Shown piece after piece: positions 9,560 through 18,431 of a DNA stretch of 36,800 nt. The DNA lies in assembly GCA_031420055.1 (NCBI GenBank), contig JANOLY010000328.1, positions 1 through 36,800 of the forward strand, given 5' to 3'. The notes under the pieces were generated by a model. The model did no database searches. It was not told the origin of the DNA and saw nothing but the letters and a program-made list of their open reading frames with translations. Source of the DNA: Burkholderiales bacterium (GTDB lineage: Bacteria > Pseudomonadota > Gammaproteobacteria > Burkholderiales > Burkholderiaceae_C). A program made the translations under genes and the position numbers. How positions within the stretch are numbered: position 1 is the stretch's first letter; each line of letters begins with the position of its first letter.

Positions 9560-10834
9560 TCAGCGAGCGGTGGAAATCGGCGGGCAATCGGCGGCGGCCG
9601 CGCTGGCCGCAGGCGTTGGCTTTTTCGCCCCACCCAAGGCCCCGAGCACCCCACCCACCGCGCCGCCGACCTGGCGGCCCCAGCCACCGCCCAGCACCGC
9701 GCCACCCACCTCGGCACCCGCCTGCGCCGCGCCACGTGGGCCATCGGCGGCGGCTGTGCGTGGCGCTGGCGGGCAGTTCGCGGGCGGGCTGGCGTTGCTG
9801 GCTGGCGGGTTGGCGGTGGCTGCGCGCACAGCGGGCGCAGCCACGGTGGCGACAGGGGCCGCAGCGCTGCCGCTGGCGGCCTGGCCATCGACAACTGACG
9901 GCACCGGCGCCGGCACCACGGCCGCAAGCTGGGCGATGCGCGCGGTGGAGGCCGCCACGTCGGGCAGGGGCTTGTCGATGAGGCTTTGCAGGTGCCCGCG
10001 GTCCAGCGCGTCCACCAGGGCGCGCCGCGCGGGGCCGTCGGGGCCTTCGATGCTGACGCTGATGTTCAGTGGCCGCAGTGCCGCGCTGCGCCGCGGGCTG
10101 GGCTGACCGAAGTGGGTCAGCACGGCGCCGTCCCGGGCGGTGTCGAAGCGCTCGGCGTTCATGACCAGGCGGATGGTGAATAGCTCGGGGCCCTGCTGCA
10201 GCTTGTCGGCCTGCTCGCGCAACGGCTCGGTCTGCGGCTTGAGGCTGTGGCGGTGGTCCGACGCCACCTGGCGCGCGGTGCTTTCCAAGCGCCGGCCTTC
10301 GGCTTGATGTTTGTCCACCTGGGCTTGCTGCTCGGGCGTGAAAGGCGGGTCGCTGCGCCGCCGCGTCGGCGTGGCGGCGTAGGCCGCGCGCATCTGCTCT
10401 TCCAGCGCCTTGCGTTGCGATTCCTTCTCAGGCGGCAGTTGTTCCAGCAGTTCGATCTGGCGCAGCAATTCACGCCGGCGCTGCGATCGGTCTTGTGCCT
10501 GCGCGGCGCTGAACTCGGCCATCAAGGCGTCGCTGACGCTGGGGGAAAACGCCCCGACCGGCGTCTGCCGGCAAAAGCCGAAGCTGGGCTTCTCGCCCGG
10601 CGCCAGCGGCTGCTTGCTGCGGCGCTGAATGGGCGCGGCCAGCGGCGGCATGCTTGCGATGAGCGCGGCACGCGCGCGTTGCGCAAAGTCGATCTCCGCG
10701 GCGGTGGCCTCGCGGGTGCCATCAACACAGTCGGCGCGTGCGGCCGGCGCCCACAGCATGGCGGCAAGGCACACGGCCATCGCCGCCGAGCTTTGGATGA
10801 GGGCGCGGCGAGCAGACACAGGGCTGGGCAACAT
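9560..10834 (-). CDS. Hypothetical exported protein with coiled coil and C-terminal glycine-zipper-like segment
   Basis: Signal peptide ending WAPAARA-D. Central E/Q/R-rich helices, Pro/Ala linker, GAEVGGAVLGGGWGRQVGGAVGGVLGALGG. GAGGGG RBS. Confidence 0.75.
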   Translation of the reverse strand: MLPSPVSARRALIQSSAAMAVCLAAMLWAPAARADCVDGTREATAAEIDFAQRARAALIASMPPLAAPIQRRSKQPLAPGEKPSFGFCRQTPVGAFSPSVSDALMAEFSAAQAQDRSQRRRELLRQIELLEQLPPEKESQRKALEEQMRAAYAATPTRRRSDPPFTPEQQAQVDKHQAEGRRLESTARQVASDHRHSLKPQTEPLREQADKLQQGPELFTIRLVMNAERFDTARDGAVLTHFGQPSPRRSAALRPLNISVSIEGPDGPARRALVDALDRGHLQSLIDKPLPDVAASTARIAQLAAVVPAPVPSVVDGQAASGSAAAPVATVAAPAVRAATANPPASNASPPANCPPAPRTAAADGPRGAAQAGAEVGGAVLGGGWGRQVGGAVGGVLGALGGAKKPTPAASAAAADCPPISTAR

Positions 10835-10888
10835 GTTGGATTCCCCTCGGGGCCGAAGCGCGGCCTGGGCTCAAATCTAGGGCGCCAG

Positions 10889-10908
10889 GCGTGACGCCAG
10901 CGTCACGC
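10889..10908. promoter_or_regulatory. Perfect 9-bp inverted repeat between divergent genes (possible operator)
   Basis: GCGTGACGC-CA-GCGTCACGC. Confidence 0.45.
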
Positions 10909-10952
10909 GGCGCGCGCCACAATGCAGGCGTCGGCATGGGGGCTCAACACAC

Positions 10953-11495
10953 GTGACTGCGCATCAGGACGTTCTTGACTTCTGGTTCACCGAGACAGCG
11001 CCCGCGCAGTGGTGGGCTGCCGACCCGGCCTTTGACAGCTTGATCACGCAGCGCTTTGGTGCGCTGCACGCCCGCGCAGCCCAGGCCGAATTGGCCGCCT
11101 GGCGTGCCAACCCACAAGGCCGGCTGGCCGAGGTGCTGGTGCTGGACCTGTTCTCGCGCAACATCCACCGCGGCAGCAAGCAGGCCTTTGCGCAGGACGG
11201 CATGGCGCTGGTACTGGCGCAAGAAGCGGTGGCCTGCGGCGCCGACCAGACCCTGCCGCCGCTGGAACGAGGCTTTCTGTACATGCCCTACATGCACAGC
11301 GAGTCGCGCGCCATTCACGGGCAGGCGCTGGCCTTGTTTGAAGCGCTGGGCAACGCCAGCCAGCTCGACTTCGAACGGCGCCACCAGGCCATCGTCGAGC
11401 GCTTCGGCCGCTACCCGCACCGCAACGCGATGCTCGGCCGCGAGTCCACGACCGAGGAGCTGCAGTTCCTGACGCTGCCGGGCTCGGCGTTCTGA
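10953..11495 (+). CDS. DUF924 family protein
   Basis: VLDFWF, LDLFSRNIHRG, FLYMPYMHSES, H..I.ERFGRYPHRNA.LGREST.EE..FL. Confidence 0.92.
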   Translation: MTAHQDVLDFWFTETAPAQWWAADPAFDSLITQRFGALHARAAQAELAAWRANPQGRLAEVLVLDLFSRNIHRGSKQAFAQDGMALVLAQEAVACGADQTLPPLERGFLYMPYMHSESRAIHGQALALFEALGNASQLDFERRHQAIVERFGRYPHRNAMLGRESTTEELQFLTLPGSAF

Positions 11496-11567
11496 CGAAG
11501 GCAGCGCCTTGGCCCGCGTCGAATCCCCTGCCGCCGTCGTACTGCGCGGCCACTGGAGTGCCTGCTG

Positions 11568-11669
11568 ATGACTGCCTCGAATTCAACGCCAACCGAGCAA
11601 GGACGGGTGGTGCTGGACGGCTGGGACCCTGAAGGCAACGTCGTTCAGTTCAAGCAGCGGGTGGATTGA
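11568..11669 (+). pseudogene. VOC/glyoxalase family remnant (33-aa ORF)
   Basis: MTASNSTPTEQGRVVLDGWDPEGNVVQFKQRVD. DPEGN is the hallmark VOC C-terminal motif; GGAG RBS upstream. Confidence 0.6.
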
Positions 11670-11883
11670 TCGGCTGCGCCGCGGGCTCGTCGCGCATCAA
11701 CCGCCACATGGCCAACATGCCAAAGACGCAGTTCAGCAGCCCTATCGTGCCGATGAGCAGCAGCCCCGTGGTGTTCAGCGGCAGCGCACGCAGCGCCCAG
11801 CCGCACACCGACGACAGCACGTTGAACATCACCATCTGCCAAAACAGCAGCGTGCCGGGCTGCCACAGCCGCTTGAGCTTCAT
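11650..11883 (-). CDS. Small two-helix membrane protein, unknown function
   Basis: MKLKRLWQPGTLLFWQMVMFNVLSS...LLNCVFGMLAMWRLMRD. Starts just after the methionine synthase stop. Confidence 0.7.
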   Translation of the reverse strand: MKLKRLWQPGTLLFWQMVMFNVLSSVCGWALRALPLNTTGLLLIGTIGLLNCVFGMLAMWRLMRDEPAAQPINPPAA

Positions 11884-11890
11884 GGCTTGA

Positions 11891-12916
11891 TCAGCCCGCG
11901 CCCAGGCGCGTGCGCGCCAACGCTGCGCCATCGGCCAGGGCGCGCAGTTTGGCTTCGGCCACGGCCCGGCTCATGGGCGCCAGGCCGCAGTTGGTGCAGG
12001 CAATCAAGCGATCTCGCGGCACGAACTGCAGCGCGCGCGCTATCGTGTCGGCAACCTCTTCGGGCGTCTCCACCGTGTCGCTGGCCACGTCGATCACACC
12101 CACCATCACGTCCTTGCCGGCCAGCAGCGCCATCAGGTCGGGCGGCACGTGCGAGTGAAAGCACTCCAGGCTGATTTGCTGGATGCTGCTCCTGGCCAGC
12201 GCCGGGAACACCTGCTCGTACTGGCGCCACTGCTCGCCCAGGGTCTTCTTCCAGTCGTTGTTGGCCTGGATGCCGTAGCCGTAGCAGATGTGTACCGCCG
12301 TCGTACACGTCAGCCCACGCGCCGCACGCTCCAGCGCCTGCACGCCCCAGTCGGCGGCCTCGGCCATGTAGACGTTGAAGGCCGGCTCGTCGAACTGCAC
12401 CACGTCCACACCATCGGCTTGCAGGGCCAGGGCTTCCTGGTTCAGCAGCTCGGCAAAGGCAAAGGCCAGCTTGACGCGGTCGCCATAAAAGCGGTCGGCC
12501 ACGGTGTCGACGATGGTCATCGGCCCGGGCAGCGTGAACTTGATCTTGCGCGTGGTGTGCGCGCGCAGGAAACGCGCCTCGGTGGCGTGCACGCGGCCCT
12601 TCAAGCGCAGCGGGGCCACCACCTGCGGCACCAGGGCCTTGTAGCGGTCGTTGCGTATGCCCATCTCGACCTTGTGCTCGAAGTCGATGCCATCGACTTG
12701 CTCCAAGAAGCCGTGCACAAAGTGCTGGCGGCTTTGCTCGCCGTCGCCGATGACGCTCAGGCCCGCGTCTTCCTGGGCCTTGATCCACAGCAGCGTGGCG
12801 TCGAGCTTGGCCTGCGCCAGCTCAGGCCCGCTGGCCTTCCACTGCGGCCAGAGCTTTTGCGTCTCGGCCAGCCAGGCGGGTTTGGGCAGGCTGCCGGCGA
12901 TTGCCGTGTCGAACAT
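11891..12916 (-). CDS. Core cobalamin-independent methionine synthase (MetE C-terminal domain only; MesD-like)
   Basis: AGSLPKPAWL, DGEQ.RQHFV, PGPMTI.DT, QFDEPAFN, Zn ligands HICYG / LEC / TNCG. AGGAGA RBS. Confidence 0.9.
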   Translation of the reverse strand: MFDTAIAGSLPKPAWLAETQKLWPQWKASGPELAQAKLDATLLWIKAQEDAGLSVIGDGEQSRQHFVHGFLEQVDGIDFEHKVEMGIRNDRYKALVPQVVAPLRLKGRVHATEARFLRAHTTRKIKFTLPGPMTIVDTVADRFYGDRVKLAFAFAELLNQEALALQADGVDVVQFDEPAFNVYMAEAADWGVQALERAARGLTCTTAVHICYGYGIQANNDWKKTLGEQWRQYEQVFPALARSSIQQISLECFHSHVPPDLMALLAGKDVMVGVIDVASDTVETPEEVADTIARALQFVPRDRLIACTNCGLAPMSRAVAEAKLRALADGAALARTRLGAG

Positions 12917-12972
12917 GGGCGTGTCTCCTGATGCGGGGCCGCAGGGTAACCCATGGCCTGCCGGCGAACCTT

Positions 12973-13950
12973 TCAACCCAGCGAGAGCCGGTCTTGCGCT
13001 ACCCAGCCCGCCTGGCTGGGCGCTTGCTGCAGCTGGGCCTGCGCGGCCAGGTCGCCCAGCAGACGCCAGCGCCACCACAGCGTGCTCAGGCGCGCCACCA
13101 AGACGTGGTGGGTGTCCTCGCGCTGCTGCGCCACGGCCGCACGCTGGAAGGGCCCGCGACCGCTGATGCGTTGCTGGCGGTTGCCGCCGAATGTCATGTG
13201 GTCGGCGCCGTCCAGCCACAGCAAGGCGCGCTGGCCGCTGGGCAGGCCGTCGTAGACCTGGGCGCGCGGCTCGCCGGAGTCGTAGCTGCCGAAAGGATCC
13301 CCGTCGAGCGAGCCGGTGATCGCCAGGCAGGGCCGCGTGATGCGGCCGAACTGTTCCTGCACCGACAGCCGGCTGCGTGTGGAGGACGGGCTCAGCGCGA
13401 TGAAGGCGCGTGGCCGCGGGTCGGACAAACTACCCGGCACCGGGTAGCGCTGACCGGCCACCGCCGCGGTCGTGACGGCGCCGAATGAATGGCCGGCCAG
13501 GCCCACGGCGTCCAGCCGGACATCACGCCAGGCGGTGTCGCCGACCTGCTGCCGGCGCGTGACCTCGTCAAGCACAAAGCGCACGTCCGCCACGCGGGCA
13601 AACAGTTGCTGTGCGTTGCCGGCGGCACGCAAGCCTGCCACGCCACCACGGCGCAGCACCTCGGTGTCGCTGCCTGGGTGCTGCAGATGCAGCACCACGA
13701 TGCCGGCCTCGCACCAGGCCTGGCCCCAAGCGTCGCCACCGTCACGGCCGCCGCCCAGGCCGTGCGAGTACAGCAGCAGCGGCCAGGGGCCGGCGCTGGT
13801 GGGCCAGCGCAGGCGCAGTGGGATGTCGCGGCTGCGTGCGGCGTCGCGCCAGCTGTCGTCTTGCACCGCGGGGGCTGCGGCGGCCGGCCGCACCAAGGCC
13901 GCCAGCGCGCACAGGGCCAGGGTGTCGCGGCGGTTCAAGCATGGGTTCAT
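12973..13950 (-). CDS. Exported alpha/beta hydrolase (dienelactone hydrolase/PAF-AH-like), possible Tat signal
   Basis: LNRRDTL signal, YSHGLGG, QHPGSD, nucleophile GHSFG, GADHMTF. Confidence 0.85.
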   Translation of the reverse strand: MNPCLNRRDTLALCALAALVRPAAAAPAVQDDSWRDAARSRDIPLRLRWPTSAGPWPLLLYSHGLGGGRDGGDAWGQAWCEAGIVVLHLQHPGSDTEVLRRGGVAGLRAAGNAQQLFARVADVRFVLDEVTRRQQVGDTAWRDVRLDAVGLAGHSFGAVTTAAVAGQRYPVPGSLSDPRPRAFIALSPSSTRSRLSVQEQFGRITRPCLAITGSLDGDPFGSYDSGEPRAQVYDGLPSGQRALLWLDGADHMTFGGNRQQRISGRGPFQRAAVAQQREDTHHVLVARLSTLWWRWRLLGDLAAQAQLQQAPSQAGWVAQDRLSLG

Positions 13951-13958
13951 GGGCAAGA

Positions 13959-15176
13959 TTGAACACCGTCAACTTTGCTGCTGTGTTGCAGCCGGGCAGC
14001 TTGAGCCTGGTGGTGCTGCAGGTGGTGCTGGGTGCGGCGCCCGATTTCCCCTGGGGCGGCCTGGCGCAGGGCGGCCTGCAATTGCTGCTGCCGCTGCTGC
14101 TGGGCCCCTGGCTGGGTGTGGCCCTGCGCCGCCGCGGTTGGGCGCCAGGACGCGAGTGGTGGGCGCTGGTGGCGCTGATGGTGGCCATGGTGCTGGGCAT
14201 GCTGGCTTTTCACACCTGGGCGGCCGAGCCCATGAAGCAGTTGATTGCCCAGGCCACTGGCCAGGTCGACCAGGACGGCAAGCGCAAGCGCGTGATCATG
14301 ATGGTGGGGCTTTCCGTGCGCACGCCCGGCGCCGACGCGGCCGATGCGGCTGCCGCTGCCGCTGCGGCATCAGCGGCATCGGCCGCGGGCAGGCCCGCTT
14401 GCACCGATTGCGAGGTGCCGGCCGAGATTCCCTTGCTCAACCGGGTGCTCAACACCCTGAGCAGTGCAACGCTGACTTTCTTCTTGGCCGGTGGCGCTGG
14501 CCTGTGGGGCTGGCGGCGTGAACGTGCCGGCCTGGCTGCGCTGGCGCGCGAGCAGGAACTGGCCCACGCACAGGCCCAGCGGCGCGAGGCCGAACTGCGC
14601 TTGTCGGTGCTGGCCGCGCAGGTGGAGCCGCACTTCTTGTTCAACACCCTGGCCGGGGTACGCAGCGCCATCGCCACCGACCCGGCGCGCGCCAGCGACA
14701 TGATCGACCGCCTGGCCGACTACCTGCGCGCGGCCATCCCGCGGCTGCGCAGCGACGGTGGCGCCCAGGCCACGCTGGGCGGGCAGTTGGACATCGTGCG
14801 CGCCTACCTGGGGCTGATGGCCACGCGCATGCCGCGGCTGTCGTTTGCCATCGACGTGCCCGCCGCGCTGCTGGCCGCACCCTTCCCGCCGTTGATGCTG
14901 ATTTCTCTGGCCGAAAACGCCGTCAAGCACAGTGTGGAGCCCAAGGTGGGGCCGGTGCGCATCACGGTGACGGCCCGGCTCGTCGAGCAAGGCCGGTTGG
15001 AGGTGACCGTGGCCGACGACGGCGCGGGCTTTGGTGCATCGACCGGCGGCAGCGGCCTGGGCCTGAGCAACATCCGCGAACGCCTGCAGCAGATGTACCC
15101 GGCGCGCGCCGCGCTCACATTGCATGCGCGGCCCGAAGGCGGCGTGGCCGCCATCATCAGCGTACCGATGGAGTGA
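13959..15176 (+). CDS. LytS/YehU-family sensor histidine kinase, probably 5'-truncated
   Basis: LAAQVEPHFLFNTL, ENAVKH, V.DDGAGF, GLGL.NIRERL; membrane helices upstream. No credible start or promoter space next to the divergent hydrolase start. Confidence 0.85.
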   Translation: MNTVNFAAVLQPGSLSLVVLQVVLGAAPDFPWGGLAQGGLQLLLPLLLGPWLGVALRRRGWAPGREWWALVALMVAMVLGMLAFHTWAAEPMKQLIAQATGQVDQDGKRKRVIMMVGLSVRTPGADAADAAAAAAAASAASAAGRPACTDCEVPAEIPLLNRVLNTLSSATLTFFLAGGAGLWGWRRERAGLAALAREQELAHAQAQRREAELRLSVLAAQVEPHFLFNTLAGVRSAIATDPARASDMIDRLADYLRAAIPRLRSDGGAQATLGGQLDIVRAYLGLMATRMPRLSFAIDVPAALLAAPFPPLMLISLAENAVKHSVEPKVGPVRITVTARLVEQGRLEVTVADDGAGFGASTGGSGLGLSNIRERLQQMYPARAALTLHARPEGGVAAIISVPME

Positions 15177-15181
15177 CGACC

Positions 15182-15386
15182 ATGCCCACCGAAGCCGCTG
15201 AGAGAGCTGGCCGATGGGCTGGACCCGGACCAGTTCTGGCAGGTGCACCGCGGCGTGATCGTGCGCGCCAGCGCCATCGCACGCGCCCAGCGCGACGAAC
15301 TCGGGCGCATCACCCTGCACCTGAAAGAGCACGCCGAAAGACTGGCCGTCAGCCAGGCCTACCAGTGGCGCTTCATGCCGATGTAG
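15182..15386 (+). pseudogene. LytTR response regulator with internal deletion of the receiver domain and a frameshift
   Basis: ATG-CCC-ACC (MPT) is joined out of frame to KPLRELADGLDPDQFWQVHRGVIV...AVSQAYQWRFMPM* (15192-15386), a LytTR C-terminus. Confidence 0.85.
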
Positions 15387-15428
15387 TGGCTTAGATGCAG
15401 CGCCAGCGCCGAGCCTGACCGCACCGCC

Positions 15429-17504
15429 TCAGGCCGGTTCGCTGGCCGACACCAAGCCGCGCTTGTGCAACAGCGGCTGCACCGTGGCGGCGCGGCCGCG
15501 AAAGGCCACATAGGCCTCGGTGGGCGGCACGGAGTTGCCGCTGCCGTAGATGTGGGTGCGCAGGCGCGCCGCCACCTCGGGCGCAAACGGGCTGCCGGCC
15601 TCAGCAAAGGCGCCGTAACCGTCGGCGTCCAGCACCTCGGCCCACAGGTAGACGTAATAGCCCGCGGCATAGCCGGCGCTGGCGAACAGGTGTTGGAAGT
15701 GCACCAGGCGGTGGTTCAGCCCCACGCCGTCGGGCAGGCCCAGTGAGCGCAGCAGCTCGGACTCGAAGGCGCACAGGTCGGCGGGCGGCTCGGCCTCATG
15801 GCGGGCGTGCACGGCCATGTCCACCAGCGCACTGGCGGTGTAGCGCACGGTCTCGTAGCCCTGGTTGAATTGGCTTGCGCGGTGCATGCGCTGCATCAGG
15901 TCGACGGGGATGGGCTGGTCGGTTTGCCAATGCCGGGCATGGCGCTGCAGCACCTCGGGCTCGGTCGCCCAATGCTCGAACAGCTGTGAGGGCAGCTCGA
16001 CGAAGTCGCGCAAGACCTGCGTGCCCGACAGCCGATGGAACTGCACGTTGGACAGCAAGCCGTGCAGGCCGTGGCCAAATTCGTGGAACAGCGTGCGCAC
16101 GTCGTCCAGCGACAGCAGCGTGGGCGCGCCAGGCGCACCGCGGGCAAAGTTGTTGTTGTTCAGGATCACGGGCAACTGCGCGCCGCCGTTGCGGCGCTGC
16201 CAGCGCAATGAACTCATCCACGCGCCGCTGCGTTTGCCGGCGCGGGCAAAGTTGTCTTGCAAAAACACGCCCACGGTGTCGCCCGACGCGTCGCGCACCT
16301 CGTAGGCCTTCACGTCGGGGTGGTAGACGGGCACGTCGTCACGTGGTGTGAAGCTCAGCCCGAACAGGCGCGACGCGCAGTCGAAGGCCGCGCCCACCAT
16401 GCGCTCAAGCTGGAAGTAGGGCTTGATCTGTGCGTCGTCCAGCTCGTAGCGCTGGCGGCGCACTTTCTCGGCCCAGAAACGCCAGTCCCAGGACTCGATG
16501 GATTCGTGCACGCCTTCGGCCTGCATCACCGCTTGTAGCGCCTGGCGCTCGCGCGCCACGGCGGCCAGCGCGCGCGGCCAGACATCGCCCAGCAGGCCTT
16601 GCACGGCAGCGGGTGTGCCGGCCATGGTGTCGGTGAGCGCGTGGTCGGCGTAGCTGTTGTGGCCATGCAGGCGCGCTTGCTCGTTGCGCCGGCGCAGGAT
16701 CTGGCGGGCGACCTCGCGGTTGTCGTGTTCGCCGGGCTGCTCGCCGCGGCCGACCCAGGCACGCCAGGCTTGCTCGCGCAGGTCGCGCCGCTGCGAGAAG
16801 GTGAGAAAGGGCACCACCAGCGAGCGCGACAGCGTGATCACATACCCCGCCACGTCGCGCTCGGTGGCCGCTTGCTGGGCCGCGGCGCGCACAAAGTCGG
16901 GCAGGCCGGCCAGCGCGGCTTCGTCGTCCAGCACCAGCTGCCAAGTGGACTCGTCATGCAGCACGTTCTGTGCAAACTGCGTCGTCAGCGCGGCCAACTC
17001 TTCCATCACCTGCGCATAGCGCGCCCGCGGCGCCGGGTCCATGCGGGCGCCAGAGCGCACGAAGTCCAGGTGCACGCGCTCGAGCAAGCGCCGGGCCTCG
17101 GGGTCCAGACCAAGTTCAGCGCGGCGGGCATGCAGGGCATCGACGCGGGCAAACAAGGCCTGGTCCATGTAGACCGCGCTGCCGTGGGCGGCCATCGGCG
17201 CGGCCATGCTGCGCTGCACGGCCTGCAACGCCGGGCTGGTGGCCGACGAGGTGAGGTTGTAAAACACGGCCGAGACGCGCTGCAACAAGGCCCCGGTGCG
17301 GTCGAAAGCGGCCACGGTGTTGTCGAAGCTGGCGGGCTCGGTCTGGGTCGAAATGGCCCGCAACTCCTCGCGCTGCGCGCGCATGCCTTCGCGCAGCGCG
17401 GGCTCGAAGTGTTCGGGCTGAAGGGCTGCAAACGGCGGCAGGCCGAATGGGGCCGTCCAGCTCTGGAGCAGCGGGTTGCGCACTGGCGTGTCGGCCGCGC
17501 CCAT
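15429..17504 (-). CDS. dcp: M3 family metallopeptidase (peptidyl-dipeptidase Dcp-like)
   Basis: NPLL.W.PFGLPPF, KRSGAWMS, LFHEFGHGLH, DFVELPSQ, HFQHLF, YAAGYY.YLWAEVLD. TGATG coupling with the upstream gene. Confidence 0.9.
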   Translation of the reverse strand: MGAADTPVRNPLLQSWTAPFGLPPFAALQPEHFEPALREGMRAQREELRAISTQTEPASFDNTVAAFDRTGALLQRVSAVFYNLTSSATSPALQAVQRSMAAPMAAHGSAVYMDQALFARVDALHARRAELGLDPEARRLLERVHLDFVRSGARMDPAPRARYAQVMEELAALTTQFAQNVLHDESTWQLVLDDEAALAGLPDFVRAAAQQAATERDVAGYVITLSRSLVVPFLTFSQRRDLREQAWRAWVGRGEQPGEHDNREVARQILRRRNEQARLHGHNSYADHALTDTMAGTPAAVQGLLGDVWPRALAAVARERQALQAVMQAEGVHESIESWDWRFWAEKVRRQRYELDDAQIKPYFQLERMVGAAFDCASRLFGLSFTPRDDVPVYHPDVKAYEVRDASGDTVGVFLQDNFARAGKRSGAWMSSLRWQRRNGGAQLPVILNNNNFARGAPGAPTLLSLDDVRTLFHEFGHGLHGLLSNVQFHRLSGTQVLRDFVELPSQLFEHWATEPEVLQRHARHWQTDQPIPVDLMQRMHRASQFNQGYETVRYTASALVDMAVHARHEAEPPADLCAFESELLRSLGLPDGVGLNHRLVHFQHLFASAGYAAGYYVYLWAEVLDADGYGAFAEAGSPFAPEVAARLRTHIYGSGNSVPPTEAYVAFRGRAATVQPLLHKRGLVSASEPA

Positions 17505-18310
17505 CACTTCTCTTTCCTGATGGCGATCTCGTCGTCTTCGCGGTAGCGCCGGTCCGAGCAACTGGTCAGCCAGCCCTTGCGCTCGGACTCCACGGCGTTG
17601 CTGCGATCGGCCCACTTGGCATTGCGCTCATTCCAGTCGGTGACACGCACTTCCAGGGTGCCCACCTTGGCGTTGTAGGCGCGAATAATCTCCTCGCTTT
17701 GCGTGGCCAGGCGCTGGCGTTCGGCCTCGAGTGTTGCCCGCTCGGCCACCAGCGCGGCTTGCTCGGTGTTCATTTCGGCACGCTGGCGTTCTGCCGGTGC
17801 GCCGCTGCGCTTGGAGGCGTTGAACTCCGCCACGCGGGCGTTCAGCGCTTCGACGCGGGTGCCGTAGGCCTTGAAGCGCACGCCCAGTTCATCGGCGACC
17901 TTGCGCAAGTCCTCGATCTTGGTGCGCTCGTCGCGTACCGCCTGCTGCTCGACACCGATGCCGGCCTTTTCGGCAGCCAGGGGTTCACGCTGCGTTTCGA
18001 GCTCGGTGATGCGGTTGCGGATCGTCTCTTCCTGCTTCAGGCAGGTGCGCAACTCATCCCGCGTCAGCAGCGGCCCGCCGGCCACGCCGCTGCCCAAGGC
18101 GGTGGGTTTGGCGGCTGCCGTGGCCGCCGCGGCAGCCGCCGTGGCCGCCGCGGGCTTGGCTGCAGCAGGCTTGGCTGTGGTGGGTTTGGCAGCGGCCGGC
18201 GCAGGCGCAGCTACCGGCTTGGCCGCTGTCTGGGCCGTCGCGCTCAGCGACAGCATGGCCAGCAGGGCGATCAGCATGCCCGCGGCGGATGCAGTTTGGG
18301 TTCTGGTCAT
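17504..18310 (-). CDS. Hypothetical exported coiled-coil protein
   Basis: Signal peptide, AAKP low-complexity linker, LLTRDELR.CL, long heptad region, C.DRRYREDDE. Confidence 0.8.
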   Translation of the reverse strand: MTRTQTASAAGMLIALLAMLSLSATAQTAAKPVAAPAPAAAKPTTAKPAAAKPAAATAAAAAATAAAKPTALGSGVAGGPLLTRDELRTCLKQEETIRNRITELETQREPLAAEKAGIGVEQQAVRDERTKIEDLRKVADELGVRFKAYGTRVEALNARVAEFNASKRSGAPAERQRAEMNTEQAALVAERATLEAERQRLATQSEEIIRAYNAKVGTLEVRVTDWNERNAKWADRSNAVESERKGWLTSCSDRRYREDDEIAIRKEK

Positions 18311-18431
18311 CGTCTCAGCCTTCGTCACAAGCAGCCGGCGACGCCAGCCCAGCGGGGAATTTTGCCACCCTTGCCTTGGCGCTTGTCGCAGGCCAAACTC
18401 GCCGCACCAAAACCCGAACACGAGGACCAAC

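Noticed and set aside
14330-14392. Poly-Ala stretch in the kinase, and AAKP repeats at about 18100-18230
   Set aside because: Ordinary low-complexity linkers in GC-rich proteins.
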